Below are positions 1-9,485 of a DNA stretch of 54,490 bases, piece by piece. A program made the translations under genes and the position numbers. The stretch comes from Nitrospirota bacterium. Its GTDB lineage: Bacteria > Nitrospinota > Nitrospinia > SZUA-224. Location: contig QIDP01000088.1 of assembly GCA_003229375.1 (NCBI GenBank), forward strand, positions 1 through 54,490, in the 5' to 3' direction. Numbering within the stretch: the stretch's first letter is position 1; each line of letters starts with the position of its first letter. The notes beneath the pieces were generated by a model. It made no database searches. It saw only the letters and a program-made list of their open reading frames with translations, and had not been told where the DNA came from.

Positions 1-109
1 TAATTTGTGGTGACCTCGCCAAGAAATTCTTGAAATTACCAAAGGCGAGGCTTGGATGAGCTTTTCTTTTTTTCACTGTCTGAATCACAATGAGTTTGTA
101 TAAATTCCA

Positions 110-137
110 TTGACTTTTCAAAAGAATAGAGTAGAAT
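110..137 (+). promoter_or_regulatory. candidate sigma70-type promoter
   Basis: TTGACT (110-115), 16-nt spacer, TAGAAT (132-137); followed by GGAGGGAGGTGA and a 20-codon ORF at 174-236. Confidence 0.25.
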
Positions 138-279
138 GTTTCCAAACTTCAGGAGGGAGGTGAAACTATAAATATGGCCAAGGCAACCAAATCAAAACAA
201 TTCAGCTTTAGCATGCCAAATAAATTTTCCGGTTAATCTATCCTGATCTCTGACCTCTGTGAACTGTTACCCGGTATCT

Positions 280-1608
280 TCATATCAGATAAGGCGCTTT
301 GGTTTGGGATGTATGACCCTTAATATCCTGGTTTTCGACTGTAAGCAAGTGGGTATTTATAAATTTCTCGAAATCGAGTTCCTCAACATATCTGTTTGGA
401 CCCGATGAGGGCACATTCAATGCCCCATTCAAACCTGTACCACTCTCTTTTATCTTTAAGAGGGTCTTAACCACATTGCTCTCTTCCCTGGATAATTTTT
501 CTAGCCTCTCCACCAGATTCTGCATCTTCTGTATCGGTTCGATAATATCCTCTTTTGCAACACTCTCTGTTTTCTTCAGACCTGGCGACTGGTTTGACAA
601 ATATAATGATAGTTCTTTTAAGTCTTCCGGAGAATAACTTGTCTTTTTCAATTCATTAATGACAAAGGTTTTAAACTTATCGAATCTTCGAGAGGTTTGG
701 GAAGGAGCTGTCCGGGCAGTCTTCTCTTCAACCTTCTTAACAGCAACTTCTGGAATAACATCCGCTTTCTTTTTTGGGCCTACAACAGCCCTCTTCATCA
801 GGTCAAAGGTCCTTTGCCAGAATCCCCTAACACCCTCCCCTTCATAATATGACGTGCCCTCCAGATTGCAGATATTATTTGCCAGATTCGTAATACACCT
901 GCTGGCAGCAGAAGATGGATAGAGAGTGAGAATTAATTTCTGCTGTTTAACCGCATCGGTCATATTCTTATCAGCGAGTACATAACCAAGAGATTCTATA
1001 TCGATCTTCAAAAATTTCTTGACGGCATATGCAAGCTTCTGAAATATCTTCTTTGATTCAGCTTCAGTAGAGACCTGATTTAATAATATCTTAATGTGTC
1101 CCTTAAAATTTTTGGAGACAATCACCTTAATCATGGCATAGGCATCGGTCAGGGATGTCGGCTCGGGTGTGACAATGATCATCACCTCCTCTGAAGCCAG
1201 TACAAAAGAGGTAACATTGGATGATATCCCTGCCGATGTATCTACTAACAGGATATCGGTCCCGCTGTCCAGATTAAGGGAATCCAGTTTGCTCAACAGT
1301 CTTCCCCTCTCTTCTGCACTTAGTTCTGATAACTGTTGAACACCTGAACTCGCAGGGATAATTTTCATCCCTCCGGGCCCCTCCAGGATAATATCCTTCA
1401 ATTCTTTATCACCCAGTATTACATGTTGAAGATCATATTCCGGATTGAGTCCCAATAGTACATTGATATTGGCAAGTCCCAAATCCGCATCAAAGATATA
1501 GACCTTTTTCCCCAACCGGGTAAATGCATAAGCCAGATTTGTGGATATATTAGTCTTGCCAACCCCGCCTTTGCCGCTGGTAACAGTAATTACTCTTGTT
1601 CCTGACAT
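280..1608 (-). CDS. MinD/ParA/FlhG-family P-loop ATPase with ~170-aa C-terminal extension
   Basis: 442-aa ORF; VITVTSGKGGVGKTNISTNLAYAF (deviant Walker A) and DADLGLANINVLLGL as in FlhG/MinD; C-terminal third has no motif I recognise. Confidence 0.85.
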   Translation of the reverse strand: MSGTRVITVTSGKGGVGKTNISTNLAYAFTRLGKKVYIFDADLGLANINVLLGLNPEYDLQHVILGDKELKDIILEGPGGMKIIPASSGVQQLSELSAEERGRLLSKLDSLNLDSGTDILLVDTSAGISSNVTSFVLASEEVMIIVTPEPTSLTDAYAMIKVIVSKNFKGHIKILLNQVSTEAESKKIFQKLAYAVKKFLKIDIESLGYVLADKNMTDAVKQQKLILTLYPSSAASRCITNLANNICNLEGTSYYEGEGVRGFWQRTFDLMKRAVVGPKKKADVIPEVAVKKVEEKTARTAPSQTSRRFDKFKTFVINELKKTSYSPEDLKELSLYLSNQSPGLKKTESVAKEDIIEPIQKMQNLVERLEKLSREESNVVKTLLKIKESGTGLNGALNVPSSGPNRYVEELDFEKFINTHLLTVENQDIKGHTSQTKAPYLI

Positions 1609-1659
1609 AAATGAATCACCTTTTAATTAAATTTAATTGAAACTTACTCATATCACTCT

Positions 1660-3465
1660 TTATACAATAGCCAAAACCTTAGTATGATTGTTCTCTATTA
1701 CAATACTGTATTTAACTGATTCACATCCTATCTTTTCTTTTATGCGAGCTGTATTCTGCACTATAAATTGCAAAAAGAGATTATTTTCCATTCTCTCGGT
1801 AGATTCATTACAGGTTTTCCTTGCCTTTATATAATTTTCAAATAAGTTCTCAACCTCTGATATCTCATTTTTCGGTTCTGATATCCGGGTGCTGCATAAC
1901 TCATTGATATTATCATAGGTATCACGGGCATATGGAAATTCCCGGCCATCATTTTGGTATTCATCTCTGTAAATGATATCCTGAACACGACGTATATCCT
2001 CTTCTGAGGCAAGGTAGTATGTTAGTTTGTAATTGGGCATGCTCTCCTGAAGCTGAACAGCCTCCTCCAGCATATATGTCGGGGAAGAGACTGCAATAGT
2101 CACTTTGTTGTTGTATAAATAGATAGGAACTGCCGAATATTTTTTGGAATAATTCCAGTCAATAATACCGGATAATATCTTCCTGCTCCTTTGAATATTT
2201 GGTAATCCGTCTAACCTGGTAAAAGAGAGATTATATTTATCAGATATAAGATTATTAAACTGTTCTTTGCTGATAGCGCCCTCTTTAAAGTAGAGACCAA
2301 TTTCAAAATCTTTATCAAATTTCCACTGGGGTTTGGAACACCATTTAATGACCGCCGGGGTACTCACAACCCCCAGGTTTTGGGGAAGGATTATCTCTAT
2401 CTTTGACTGAGAGCCGATTATCTTATCTGAAGCGTTCAGGAATTGCTGATCATCTGTCTTCAGCCTGACCCCGTCTATAGAGAGATCCTGGACAATACCA
2501 CGAATCGCTTTTGATGAATCATAGTTCCCGTTTCCATTAGGAAGGAAAAGGTTTATATCCATAGAAACAAACAATCTCGGGGATATCCTTCTCTCAATGC
2601 CTGCTGATTTCATCTTCTTCGATATCTCATTCAGACGATTCTCACAGTAATGACTTATAGTATCCTTAATCATAGGATACTTATCAGTATATCCTTCAAG
2701 ATCGGATTTTTTCAGCTCCAGCAATTCGGAATCCTCTAAAGCCACAACCGATGCTGTGCGGGGTTTACCGGTCAGGAAAGATATCTCTCCAAAAAAGTCA
2801 TCCTCCTTTAAGGTAGCCAGAGCTGTCTCCTGATTATCTGCATCACTAACAAGAATCCTTACCTTACCTGAACTTATGACATAGAGTGAATCGCTAAACT
2901 CCCCTTCTTTTATAATAGAGGACCCCTTAGGAAATTTGTGAAGGGTCATCTTCTTTGCAATCTCGGAGAATTCAGATGGGGTTAAACTGAAAAATATCGG
3001 AAATGAAGAGCGTACCTTGTCCTTATCCATACGAAAGACGGGTCTATCCTTAACCGTGGTTCCCAATCCATGTTTGGAGCAAAATTCGGATAGATCTCTA
3101 CGCAGATCATCAATCTGCTCCCTGGCCCTCTTTCTATCATCTAATCCATGCCTGGCATAGAGCTCGGATAGTTCTTTGTATATAACCTCTTTTGAGGGAT
3201 CGAGACTTACAATAGTCTTATTAATGGCAATGGCCTTGGTTAGAAAACCGTTATTAGCCAGCACATTGGATACATATACATATTCATCTATAGCTGTTTC
3301 AATTGCCCCTTCCTTGACATATAAATCTCCTAATTTTATCCTGAGCTTCAAATTTTTAGGCTCTAACTCTATAAGCTTCTTTAGTTCTATAATAGCCTTG
3401 TCCCAATAGCTCCACCTGCAATACTTTTCAAAATTTTCCTGGATCTGAATTCTGTTTTTGTCCAT
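1660..3465 (-). CDS. multidomain regulator: TPR-like / cNMP-binding / PilZ / PilB-N-terminal-like domain
   Basis: 601-aa ORF; cNMP phosphate-binding cassette FFGEISFLTGKPRTASV; PilZ motifs RRISPR and DLSIDG; YSAVPIYLYNNKVTIAVSSP...YYLASEEDIRRVQDIIY resembles the T2SS-E/PilB N-domain. Confidence 0.8.
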   Translation of the reverse strand: MDKNRIQIQENFEKYCRWSYWDKAIIELKKLIELEPKNLKLRIKLGDLYVKEGAIETAIDEYVYVSNVLANNGFLTKAIAINKTIVSLDPSKEVIYKELSELYARHGLDDRKRAREQIDDLRRDLSEFCSKHGLGTTVKDRPVFRMDKDKVRSSFPIFFSLTPSEFSEIAKKMTLHKFPKGSSIIKEGEFSDSLYVISSGKVRILVSDADNQETALATLKEDDFFGEISFLTGKPRTASVVALEDSELLELKKSDLEGYTDKYPMIKDTISHYCENRLNEISKKMKSAGIERRISPRLFVSMDINLFLPNGNGNYDSSKAIRGIVQDLSIDGVRLKTDDQQFLNASDKIIGSQSKIEIILPQNLGVVSTPAVIKWCSKPQWKFDKDFEIGLYFKEGAISKEQFNNLISDKYNLSFTRLDGLPNIQRSRKILSGIIDWNYSKKYSAVPIYLYNNKVTIAVSSPTYMLEEAVQLQESMPNYKLTYYLASEEDIRRVQDIIYRDEYQNDGREFPYARDTYDNINELCSTRISEPKNEISEVENLFENYIKARKTCNESTERMENNLFLQFIVQNTARIKEKIGCESVKYSIVIENNHTKVLAIV

Positions 3466-3471
3466 GATAAC

Positions 3472-3507
3472 CTATTTAAATTAAAACCACAGAGAACACG
3501 GAGATTT
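3472..3507 (-). promoter_or_regulatory. conserved 36-nt upstream motif (copy 1 of 2)
   Basis: On the minus strand AAATCTCCGTGTTCTCTGTGGTTTTAATTTAAATAG ends 6 nt before the ATG at 3465; near-identical copy at 54374-54409. Confidence 0.4.
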
Positions 3508-3864
3508 TTTACGAAAGAACCATATATATAAATAATATAATATATAACTATTTAATGTCAAGATATACAGCCCTGACAGCCCTGACATGTTTTTCCCTCG
3601 CCCTGCCCCCCAAGTGGAGAGAGAGCCAATACAAGCTCTATGGTCTTATTGTCTCCACACGGTCAAAGAGCCTTGCTTTTAGGTCAGGCACTAATTATAT
3701 TTTCTAATGTAATTATGATTAAAGATACAGTATCAAAAAATCGATCTTATGTCAAATATGCTATGGGGGAACCGTTGTTTTTATTTGGCAATAATGATAT
3801 TATAGCATCGAATTATCGCATATATCGCATAAATATAGTATATTTATATAAAAGAAATTTGGAT

Positions 3865-3894
3865 GGGTGACACGGACAAATAAATTTGTCCGTG
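3865..3894 (+). repeat. REP family 1, divergent copy
   Basis: GGGTGACACGGACAAATAAATTTGTCCGTG versus family consensus GGGTGGCATGGACAAACTTGTTTGTCCGTG; followed by AAATTTTTTAGAGGAAGG and the trxB ATG. Confidence 0.6.
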
Positions 3895-3921
3895 AAATTT
3901 TTTAGAGGAAGGAAAAAAACA

Positions 3922-4848
3922 ATGATGCGAAATATTATTATTATTGGATCCGGTCCTGCAGGACTGACAGCGGCTATCTATGCCTCCAGGGCAAATCTGA
4001 AACCATTAGTGATAGAGGGTCATCAGCCGGGGGGACAACTGACTATTACTACCGAAGTAGAGAATTATCCCGGCTTTCCTGATGGTATCATGGGGCCACA
4101 ACTGATGATGGATATGAAGAGACAGGCGGAACGCCTTGGTACTGAGTTTGTAATGGGATATGTAACATCTGCGGACATCTCAAAGAGACCTTTTGTAATC
4201 TATGTTGGAGAGGATGACAACAGATACGAGGCAAGGGCATTGATAATTGCCTCGGGTGCCTCTGCTAAGCTTCTCGATCTTGAATCAGAGAGGAAGTTGA
4301 TGGGGAAAGGTGTATCTGCTTGTGCAACATGTGACGGGTTTTTCTTCAAAGAGCAGGATGTCATGGTGGTAGGGGGAGGGGATACTGCACTGGAGGAGGC
4401 AATATTCTTGACTAAGTTTGCCGGAAAGGTGACTGTTATACACAGGAGGGATATGTTAAGGGCTACAAAAATATTGCAGGATAAGGCATTTAAGAATGAA
4501 AAGATAGATTTCATATGGGACTCTGTAGTAGAAGATATCCTAGGGGTAGAAGAGGGGAAGGTTACAGGTATAAGGCTAAAAAATGTCAAGACATCAGAGA
4601 TCATTGAGAAGGGTTGTGAAGGCATTTTTATTGCTATCGGTCATTCGCCAAATACGAAGCTGTTTAATAGTCAGATAGAACTGGATGATAAGGGTTACAT
4701 TATTACGAGGGATGGCACTAAAACCAGTGTGCCCGGGGTGTTTGCAGCAGGGGATGCTCAGGATCATGTGTATAAGCAGGCTATTACAGCAGCGGGTACA
4801 GGCTGCATGGCAGCCATAGATGCCGAGAGATTCCTGGGGGAAGAATAA
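3922..4848 (+). CDS. trxB: thioredoxin-disulfide reductase
   Basis: IIIIGSGPAGLTAAIYASRA FAD motif, redox-active CATCDG, VVGGGDTALEEA NADPH motif; start moved to the ATG at 3922 behind AGAGGAAGG (the track ORF starts at a TTG inside the REP). Confidence 0.95.
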   Translation: MMRNIIIIGSGPAGLTAAIYASRANLKPLVIEGHQPGGQLTITTEVENYPGFPDGIMGPQLMMDMKRQAERLGTEFVMGYVTSADISKRPFVIYVGEDDNRYEARALIIASGASAKLLDLESERKLMGKGVSACATCDGFFFKEQDVMVVGGGDTALEEAIFLTKFAGKVTVIHRRDMLRATKILQDKAFKNEKIDFIWDSVVEDILGVEEGKVTGIRLKNVKTSEIIEKGCEGIFIAIGHSPNTKLFNSQIELDDKGYIITRDGTKTSVPGVFAAGDAQDHVYKQAITAAGTGCMAAIDAERFLGEE

Positions 4849-4849
4849 A

Positions 4850-5680
4850 ATGAAGATAAAATTCTGGGGTGTAAGAGGGAGCATTCCAACACCTGGATAT
4901 TCAACCCTCAAGATCGGAGGAAATACCAGTTGTGTTGAGATAAGGGCCGGAGATGAACTGATTATTATTGATGGCGGCAGCGGGCTTAGGTTGCTCGGAG
5001 AAAGTTTATTAAAGGAGATACCCCTTAAGGGGATGTTTCTCTTCAGTCATTATCACTGGGACCATATTCAGGGATTCCCTTTTTTTTCACCTGCATATAT
5101 CAAGGAGAATGAGTTTCAAATCTTCGGGGGAAATGGGTTGAGTTATAGCCTCCAGAAATCTCTCTTCGGACAGATGGACCATCCGAACTTCCCTATTGAA
5201 CTTAAAAACATGGGATCTAAAATGGTATTTCACGAACTCCTTGAGGGGGAGGAAATTATAAAGGGCGGGGTAAAAATATCCAATACCTTTGTGAATCACC
5301 CGAGCAGTTCCCTCGCATATCGCATAGATCATGAGAATAAATCCTTTGTTTATAGTAGTGATACCGAGCATCTTCCTGATGGAGTAGATCAAAAATTACT
5401 GAAGTTTGCAAAAGGCGCTGATATCATTGTATACGATGCGCAGTATACCCCTGAAGAGTATGAGGGAACTCATAAATGGTGGGGATCAAGGAAAGGATGG
5501 GGGCACAGCACCATGATAGAGGGTGTTAAACTGGCAAAAGCGGCTGGCATCAAGAAGCTCGTTCTGTCTCATCACGACCCCTCGCGTGATGATGATGCTA
5601 TAGCAAGGATAGAAAAGGAGGCCCAAAGGCTTTTCCCGAACTCAATAGCAGCCTATGAAGGATTAGAGATATATATATAA
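4850..5680 (+). CDS. MBL-fold metallo-hydrolase
   Basis: MKIKFWGVRGS..., HxHxDH motif SHYHWDHIQG, later SHHDP; ATG at 4850 lies 1 nt after the trxB stop behind GGGGGAAG. Confidence 0.85.
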   Translation: MKIKFWGVRGSIPTPGYSTLKIGGNTSCVEIRAGDELIIIDGGSGLRLLGESLLKEIPLKGMFLFSHYHWDHIQGFPFFSPAYIKENEFQIFGGNGLSYSLQKSLFGQMDHPNFPIELKNMGSKMVFHELLEGEEIIKGGVKISNTFVNHPSSSLAYRIDHENKSFVYSSDTEHLPDGVDQKLLKFAKGADIIVYDAQYTPEEYEGTHKWWGSRKGWGHSTMIEGVKLAKAAGIKKLVLSHHDPSRDDDAIARIEKEAQRLFPNSIAAYEGLEIYI

Positions 5681-5684
5681 TAAG

Positions 5685-7700
5685 ATGAAAGAAAGGCTAA
5701 AAGAAATAGAACAAGAGATGATAAGGAACAAAAGGGCCTTCTGTCTCTTTAACAAAAAGAGACTGGAGCGGGCATTAGAGATGCTCCCGGAAATGACCGG
5801 CCTTGCTTTTCAGGTTATACCATTTCTTATACATACCAATCATAAAGGTTTTCCCGGTTATGTTGATGCCCGGGATACCCCATGTGGAATACATTACTTT
5901 GAGTGGTCAAATAATTTGCAGAGGATAACAAGGGAATTTTTTCCGGAAAAGAAGATCCTCTATAAGGGTGCAATAAAGCTCTTTCCAAATATTCCCTCTA
6001 TCGAATCCTTACTCCTGATGGGGAGCATCGGTACTGTGGCACAGACCGAAAGATCTGATTTCGATTACTGGGTCTGTATAAATGAGGAGAATTTTTCTGA
6101 TAAGAGAAAAAAACTGTTGAGAGAAAAATTGAGGCTAATAGAGGATTGGGGATCTTCCGAGTATGAAATGGAGATCCACTTTTTCATGGCAGATATAAAT
6201 AAGGTCAGGAGAGATGACTTTGGAGAAAGTGACAGTGAGAGTGTTGGGTCTGCCCAAAAAAAACTGCTTAAAGAGGAATTTTACAGGACCCTTATCCTGA
6301 TAGCCGGCAAGATACCACTCTGGTGGATAACACCTATTGATATCTCAGATGAGGAATATTCTGAGTGTATTGATATTCTCAAAAAATCGGTTGAACTTGA
6401 GTATGAGAACTTTATTGACCTTGGAAATATACGTGATCTATCCCCAAACGAATTCTTAGGGGCTACCCTCTGGCACAGGATCAAGGCAATGGATTCCCCT
6501 TATAAATCTACCCTGAAAATGGCACTGGTAGAGAAATTCATGGATCAGGATGTACAATCAGAACCTCTCTGTAATCTCTTTAAAAAGAGTGTGATGAAAT
6601 CGCCGGATAATAGCCAAACAATCGATCCTTATACAATAATGTTTGACACAATACTCGATTATTACCAGAAAAAGGGGAATATGGAGATCCTTGATCTGCT
6701 GAAAAAAAGTTTTTATATAAAAACAGATATAAAAGTGAACAGATCTGATCGTTTCAGGAAGGATTTGACCTATAAAGAGAAGGTACTGGTAGATTACGTT
6801 AAAAAGTGGGGATGGGATCAGGAGGTGCTTGAGGATCTGAATAGCTTCAAAGAATGGGACTTTGATAAAATTATATCCTTAGAAAGGGATATGCATAACT
6901 ACATGATACAGGTCTATAAAAACCTTGCTGATAAACTGAAAAAGGAATCAGGTGGTGAGAATCTGATAAAAGATACAGATTTTCAGATGTTAGGGAGGAA
7001 GTTATCCAGCTTTTATGCAAAAAAGCCGAATAAGGTTGAGTCTCTAAAAAAGGCCTTCTGGGAAAAGTTGCCACAGGAGAACCTTACATTCTTATTTAAC
7101 AATAAAAGGGCTAAGTGGTATTTATACAGGGGACATTCTTCAAAGGAGTTTATATTAACTTCCGGGGATCAACACCTTAAGAGCGCTAAAAATATTCTTG
7201 AACTCCTGATATGGATTGTCCACAACAGACTATGCGATGAGAATACTACCTTTTATCTGACACCTAACCCAAAACCCATTACTTTTGCGGATATTCAGAT
7301 ACTTATTAAGGATCTTCTGGACTTCTTTCCAGCGATAAACACAATCGATCTTAAGACATCTGACCTCCTCGCCCCACCCAGAATAGTTAAATTATATCTG
7401 GTAATAAATTTCTCCCTCCAGAAGTCGTTGAATCAGATTAAAGAAGTCACTATATTCTATACCACCACATGGGGAGAGCTATTTTGTGAGACGTATAATC
7501 ACATGAAAGGGATTAAAGAAGCCATTAAATATATCTCGGAGAATCCTCCGGAAAATATCAATGATATCTCTAACTATTACAGGATATTTATCCCGAAGGG
7601 AGATTTTTCTAAGACCATCTTTTCTAATATTAATAATCTGATAACAAAGGAACTCGGGAGTATGGATGAAGGTCTCTATAATAATACCTACTTTGAATGA
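5685..7700 (+). CDS. cyaA: class I adenylate cyclase (CyaA-like)
   Basis: 671-aa ORF; blocks GSIGTVAQTERSDFDYWVC, KKLLKEEFYRTLILIAGK and EFLGATLWHRIKAMDSPYKSTLKMAL match conserved blocks of enterobacterial CyaA as I recall them. Confidence 0.8.
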   Translation: MKERLKEIEQEMIRNKRAFCLFNKKRLERALEMLPEMTGLAFQVIPFLIHTNHKGFPGYVDARDTPCGIHYFEWSNNLQRITREFFPEKKILYKGAIKLFPNIPSIESLLLMGSIGTVAQTERSDFDYWVCINEENFSDKRKKLLREKLRLIEDWGSSEYEMEIHFFMADINKVRRDDFGESDSESVGSAQKKLLKEEFYRTLILIAGKIPLWWITPIDISDEEYSECIDILKKSVELEYENFIDLGNIRDLSPNEFLGATLWHRIKAMDSPYKSTLKMALVEKFMDQDVQSEPLCNLFKKSVMKSPDNSQTIDPYTIMFDTILDYYQKKGNMEILDLLKKSFYIKTDIKVNRSDRFRKDLTYKEKVLVDYVKKWGWDQEVLEDLNSFKEWDFDKIISLERDMHNYMIQVYKNLADKLKKESGGENLIKDTDFQMLGRKLSSFYAKKPNKVESLKKAFWEKLPQENLTFLFNNKRAKWYLYRGHSSKEFILTSGDQHLKSAKNILELLIWIVHNRLCDENTTFYLTPNPKPITFADIQILIKDLLDFFPAINTIDLKTSDLLAPPRIVKLYLVINFSLQKSLNQIKEVTIFYTTTWGELFCETYNHMKGIKEAIKYISENPPENINDISNYYRIFIPKGDFSKTIFSNINNLITKELGSMDEGLYNNTYFE

Positions 7701-8340
7701 GAAGATTAATTTGGAAAAGACCCTCCCTCATCTTGAAAAGATGGAAGACAAAGAGATAATCATTGTAGACGGAGGAAGCACAGATAATACAGCAAGTGTG
7801 GCAAAGAGATATGCGGATAAACTTCTTTTATCATGTCAGGATAGGGGAATCCAGATGAATACTGCTGCACATAATGCTGAGGGTGACATGCTCCTTTTTC
7901 TGCACGCCGATTCGGAACTCTCTACAGATGGATACAATAAATTGCTTGAGGCTTCAGAGGTGAGAGGTATTGCGGGTGGCGCCTTCTACCTCGCAATAGA
8001 TTCAAAACGATTCCTCCTTAAGTTTATCTCCCTTGCAGCCAATCTCAGATCCAAATTATTCAGAATAGCCTATGGGGACCAGGGGATCTTTGTAAGGCGC
8101 GATATCTTCGTTAAAATAGGAGGATTTAACAATCTCCCTTTATTTGAGGATGCAGACCTCTTCAGACGATTAAAGAGGGAAGGAGAGGTGATCTTCATTA
8201 AAAGTATTCTCACATCTGCACGCAGATGGGATGGAGAAGGTGCATTATATACTACTTTCAGGAATATGATACTTGCCTCCTTCTACTTCCTAGGTTTCTC
8301 ACCACAAACACTGATTAGGTGGTATCCAAATGTGAGGTAA
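7666..8340 (+). CDS. family 2 glycosyltransferase
   Basis: MKVSIIIPTLNE, IIVDGGSTDNT, LLFLHADS; start overlaps the cyaA end by 35 nt. Confidence 0.8.
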   Translation: MKVSIIIPTLNEKINLEKTLPHLEKMEDKEIIIVDGGSTDNTASVAKRYADKLLLSCQDRGIQMNTAAHNAEGDMLLFLHADSELSTDGYNKLLEASEVRGIAGGAFYLAIDSKRFLLKFISLAANLRSKLFRIAYGDQGIFVRRDIFVKIGGFNNLPLFEDADLFRRLKREGEVIFIKSILTSARRWDGEGALYTTFRNMILASFYFLGFSPQTLIRWYPNVR

Positions 8341-8352
8341 GACGATTTAATT

Positions 8353-8388
8353 AGTATTTAGTCGTTAGTATTTTGATGACTAAATACT
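8353..8388. terminator. hairpin between convergent GT2 and aroB
   Basis: AGTATTTAGTC ...14 nt... GACTAAATACT, 11-bp stem in AT-rich context. Confidence 0.35.
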
Positions 8389-8407
8389 ATTCACTAACGA
8401 CCATTCA

Positions 8408-9484
8408 CTATAAAACCTTGCGGAGGATGGCAGGCGATATATCTTCCCCTATTTTTACCTTTCCGATGCCCTCCATCAGTACAAATCTTATCTTATCATT
8501 CCTTGCCTTCTTATCCAGATATATAGAAGCGATTATATCATCCGGTTTCAGATCAGGGAGCTGTGTTGGTAGTCCTATATTACCTAAAAGGGTCTCTATC
8601 CTTGCAGTATCCTCTCTGTCACAGAGTCCCATCTCTTCTGATAGCCGTGCTGCATATATCATCCCTATTGAAACCGCCTCACCATGTCTGAAATCCCTGT
8701 AATGTGTAAGTGTCTCTATAGCATGTCCTATTGTATGACCAAAGTTGAGGATCGCCCTGTAGCCGGTCTCCTTCTCATCTGCCTCTACCACCCTTCCCTT
8801 TATACGACAGGACGTTCTGACAATATATCCTAAAGCATCATGATTCAGAGACAATACTGCCTGTATGTTCCTTTCAAGGTATTCAAATAGATCAACATCA
8901 GCTATGATGCCATACTTGACGATCTCAGCCAGCCCTGCAAGGAGTTCTTCCCGGGGAAGGGTCTTTAGTGTCGCTGTATCAATAAAGACGGCCATGGGTT
9001 GATAGAACACTCCGATCATGTTCTTCCCCTCAGGATGGTTGACTGCTGTCTTACCGCCGACACTACTATCTACCTGAGCCAACAGTGAGGTCGGGATCTG
9101 TATATATGGGATACCCCTCATATATGTAGCGGCAACAAATCCTGCTAAGTCGCCTATAACGCCGCCACCCAGCGCTGCTATAGCTGATCCGCGATCGAGC
9201 TTTAAGGTTATAAGTTCATCGTATAACCTCTCTGCCTCCCTGATGGTCTTGAACTCCTCACCATCAGGAACCTCGACTGTATGTGAATCAAAACCGGCTC
9301 CCCTTAAACCGGAGCTTACGACCCCGCCGTAGAGCTTATTCACAGAAGGATTGGTTATAATTACAACCCTCTTCCAGGCACAGGATCGTAAGATATCACT
9401 TATATTCTTAAGAATATCTGATCCTATATATATCTTGTAGCTTCTCTCCCCGAGATCGATATCTATCGCAGCACTGCTTTTCAT
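8408..9484 (-). CDS. aroB: 3-dehydroquinate synthase
   Basis: GGGVIGDLAGFVAATYMRGIPYIQIPTSLLAQVDSSVGGKTAVNH and NFGHTIGHAIE; ATG at 9484 sits behind GAGGAA, 1 nt after the pilQ stop. Confidence 0.95.
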   Translation of the reverse strand: MKSSAAIDIDLGERSYKIYIGSDILKNISDILRSCAWKRVVIITNPSVNKLYGGVVSSGLRGAGFDSHTVEVPDGEEFKTIREAERLYDELITLKLDRGSAIAALGGGVIGDLAGFVAATYMRGIPYIQIPTSLLAQVDSSVGGKTAVNHPEGKNMIGVFYQPMAVFIDTATLKTLPREELLAGLAEIVKYGIIADVDLFEYLERNIQAVLSLNHDALGYIVRTSCRIKGRVVEADEKETGYRAILNFGHTIGHAIETLTHYRDFRHGEAVSIGMIYAARLSEEMGLCDREDTARIETLLGNIGLPTQLPDLKPDDIIASIYLDKKARNDKIRFVLMEGIGKVKIGEDISPAILRKVL

Positions 9485-9485
9485 C

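Noticed and set aside
3640-3870. 76-aa ORF upstream of trxB; similarly 23302-23574 and 41988-42260
   Set aside because: All lie in AT-rich intergenic DNA that carries promoters or repeats. None has a ribosome-binding site or a recognisable motif, and 41988-42260 is overlapped by the pyrE promoter.
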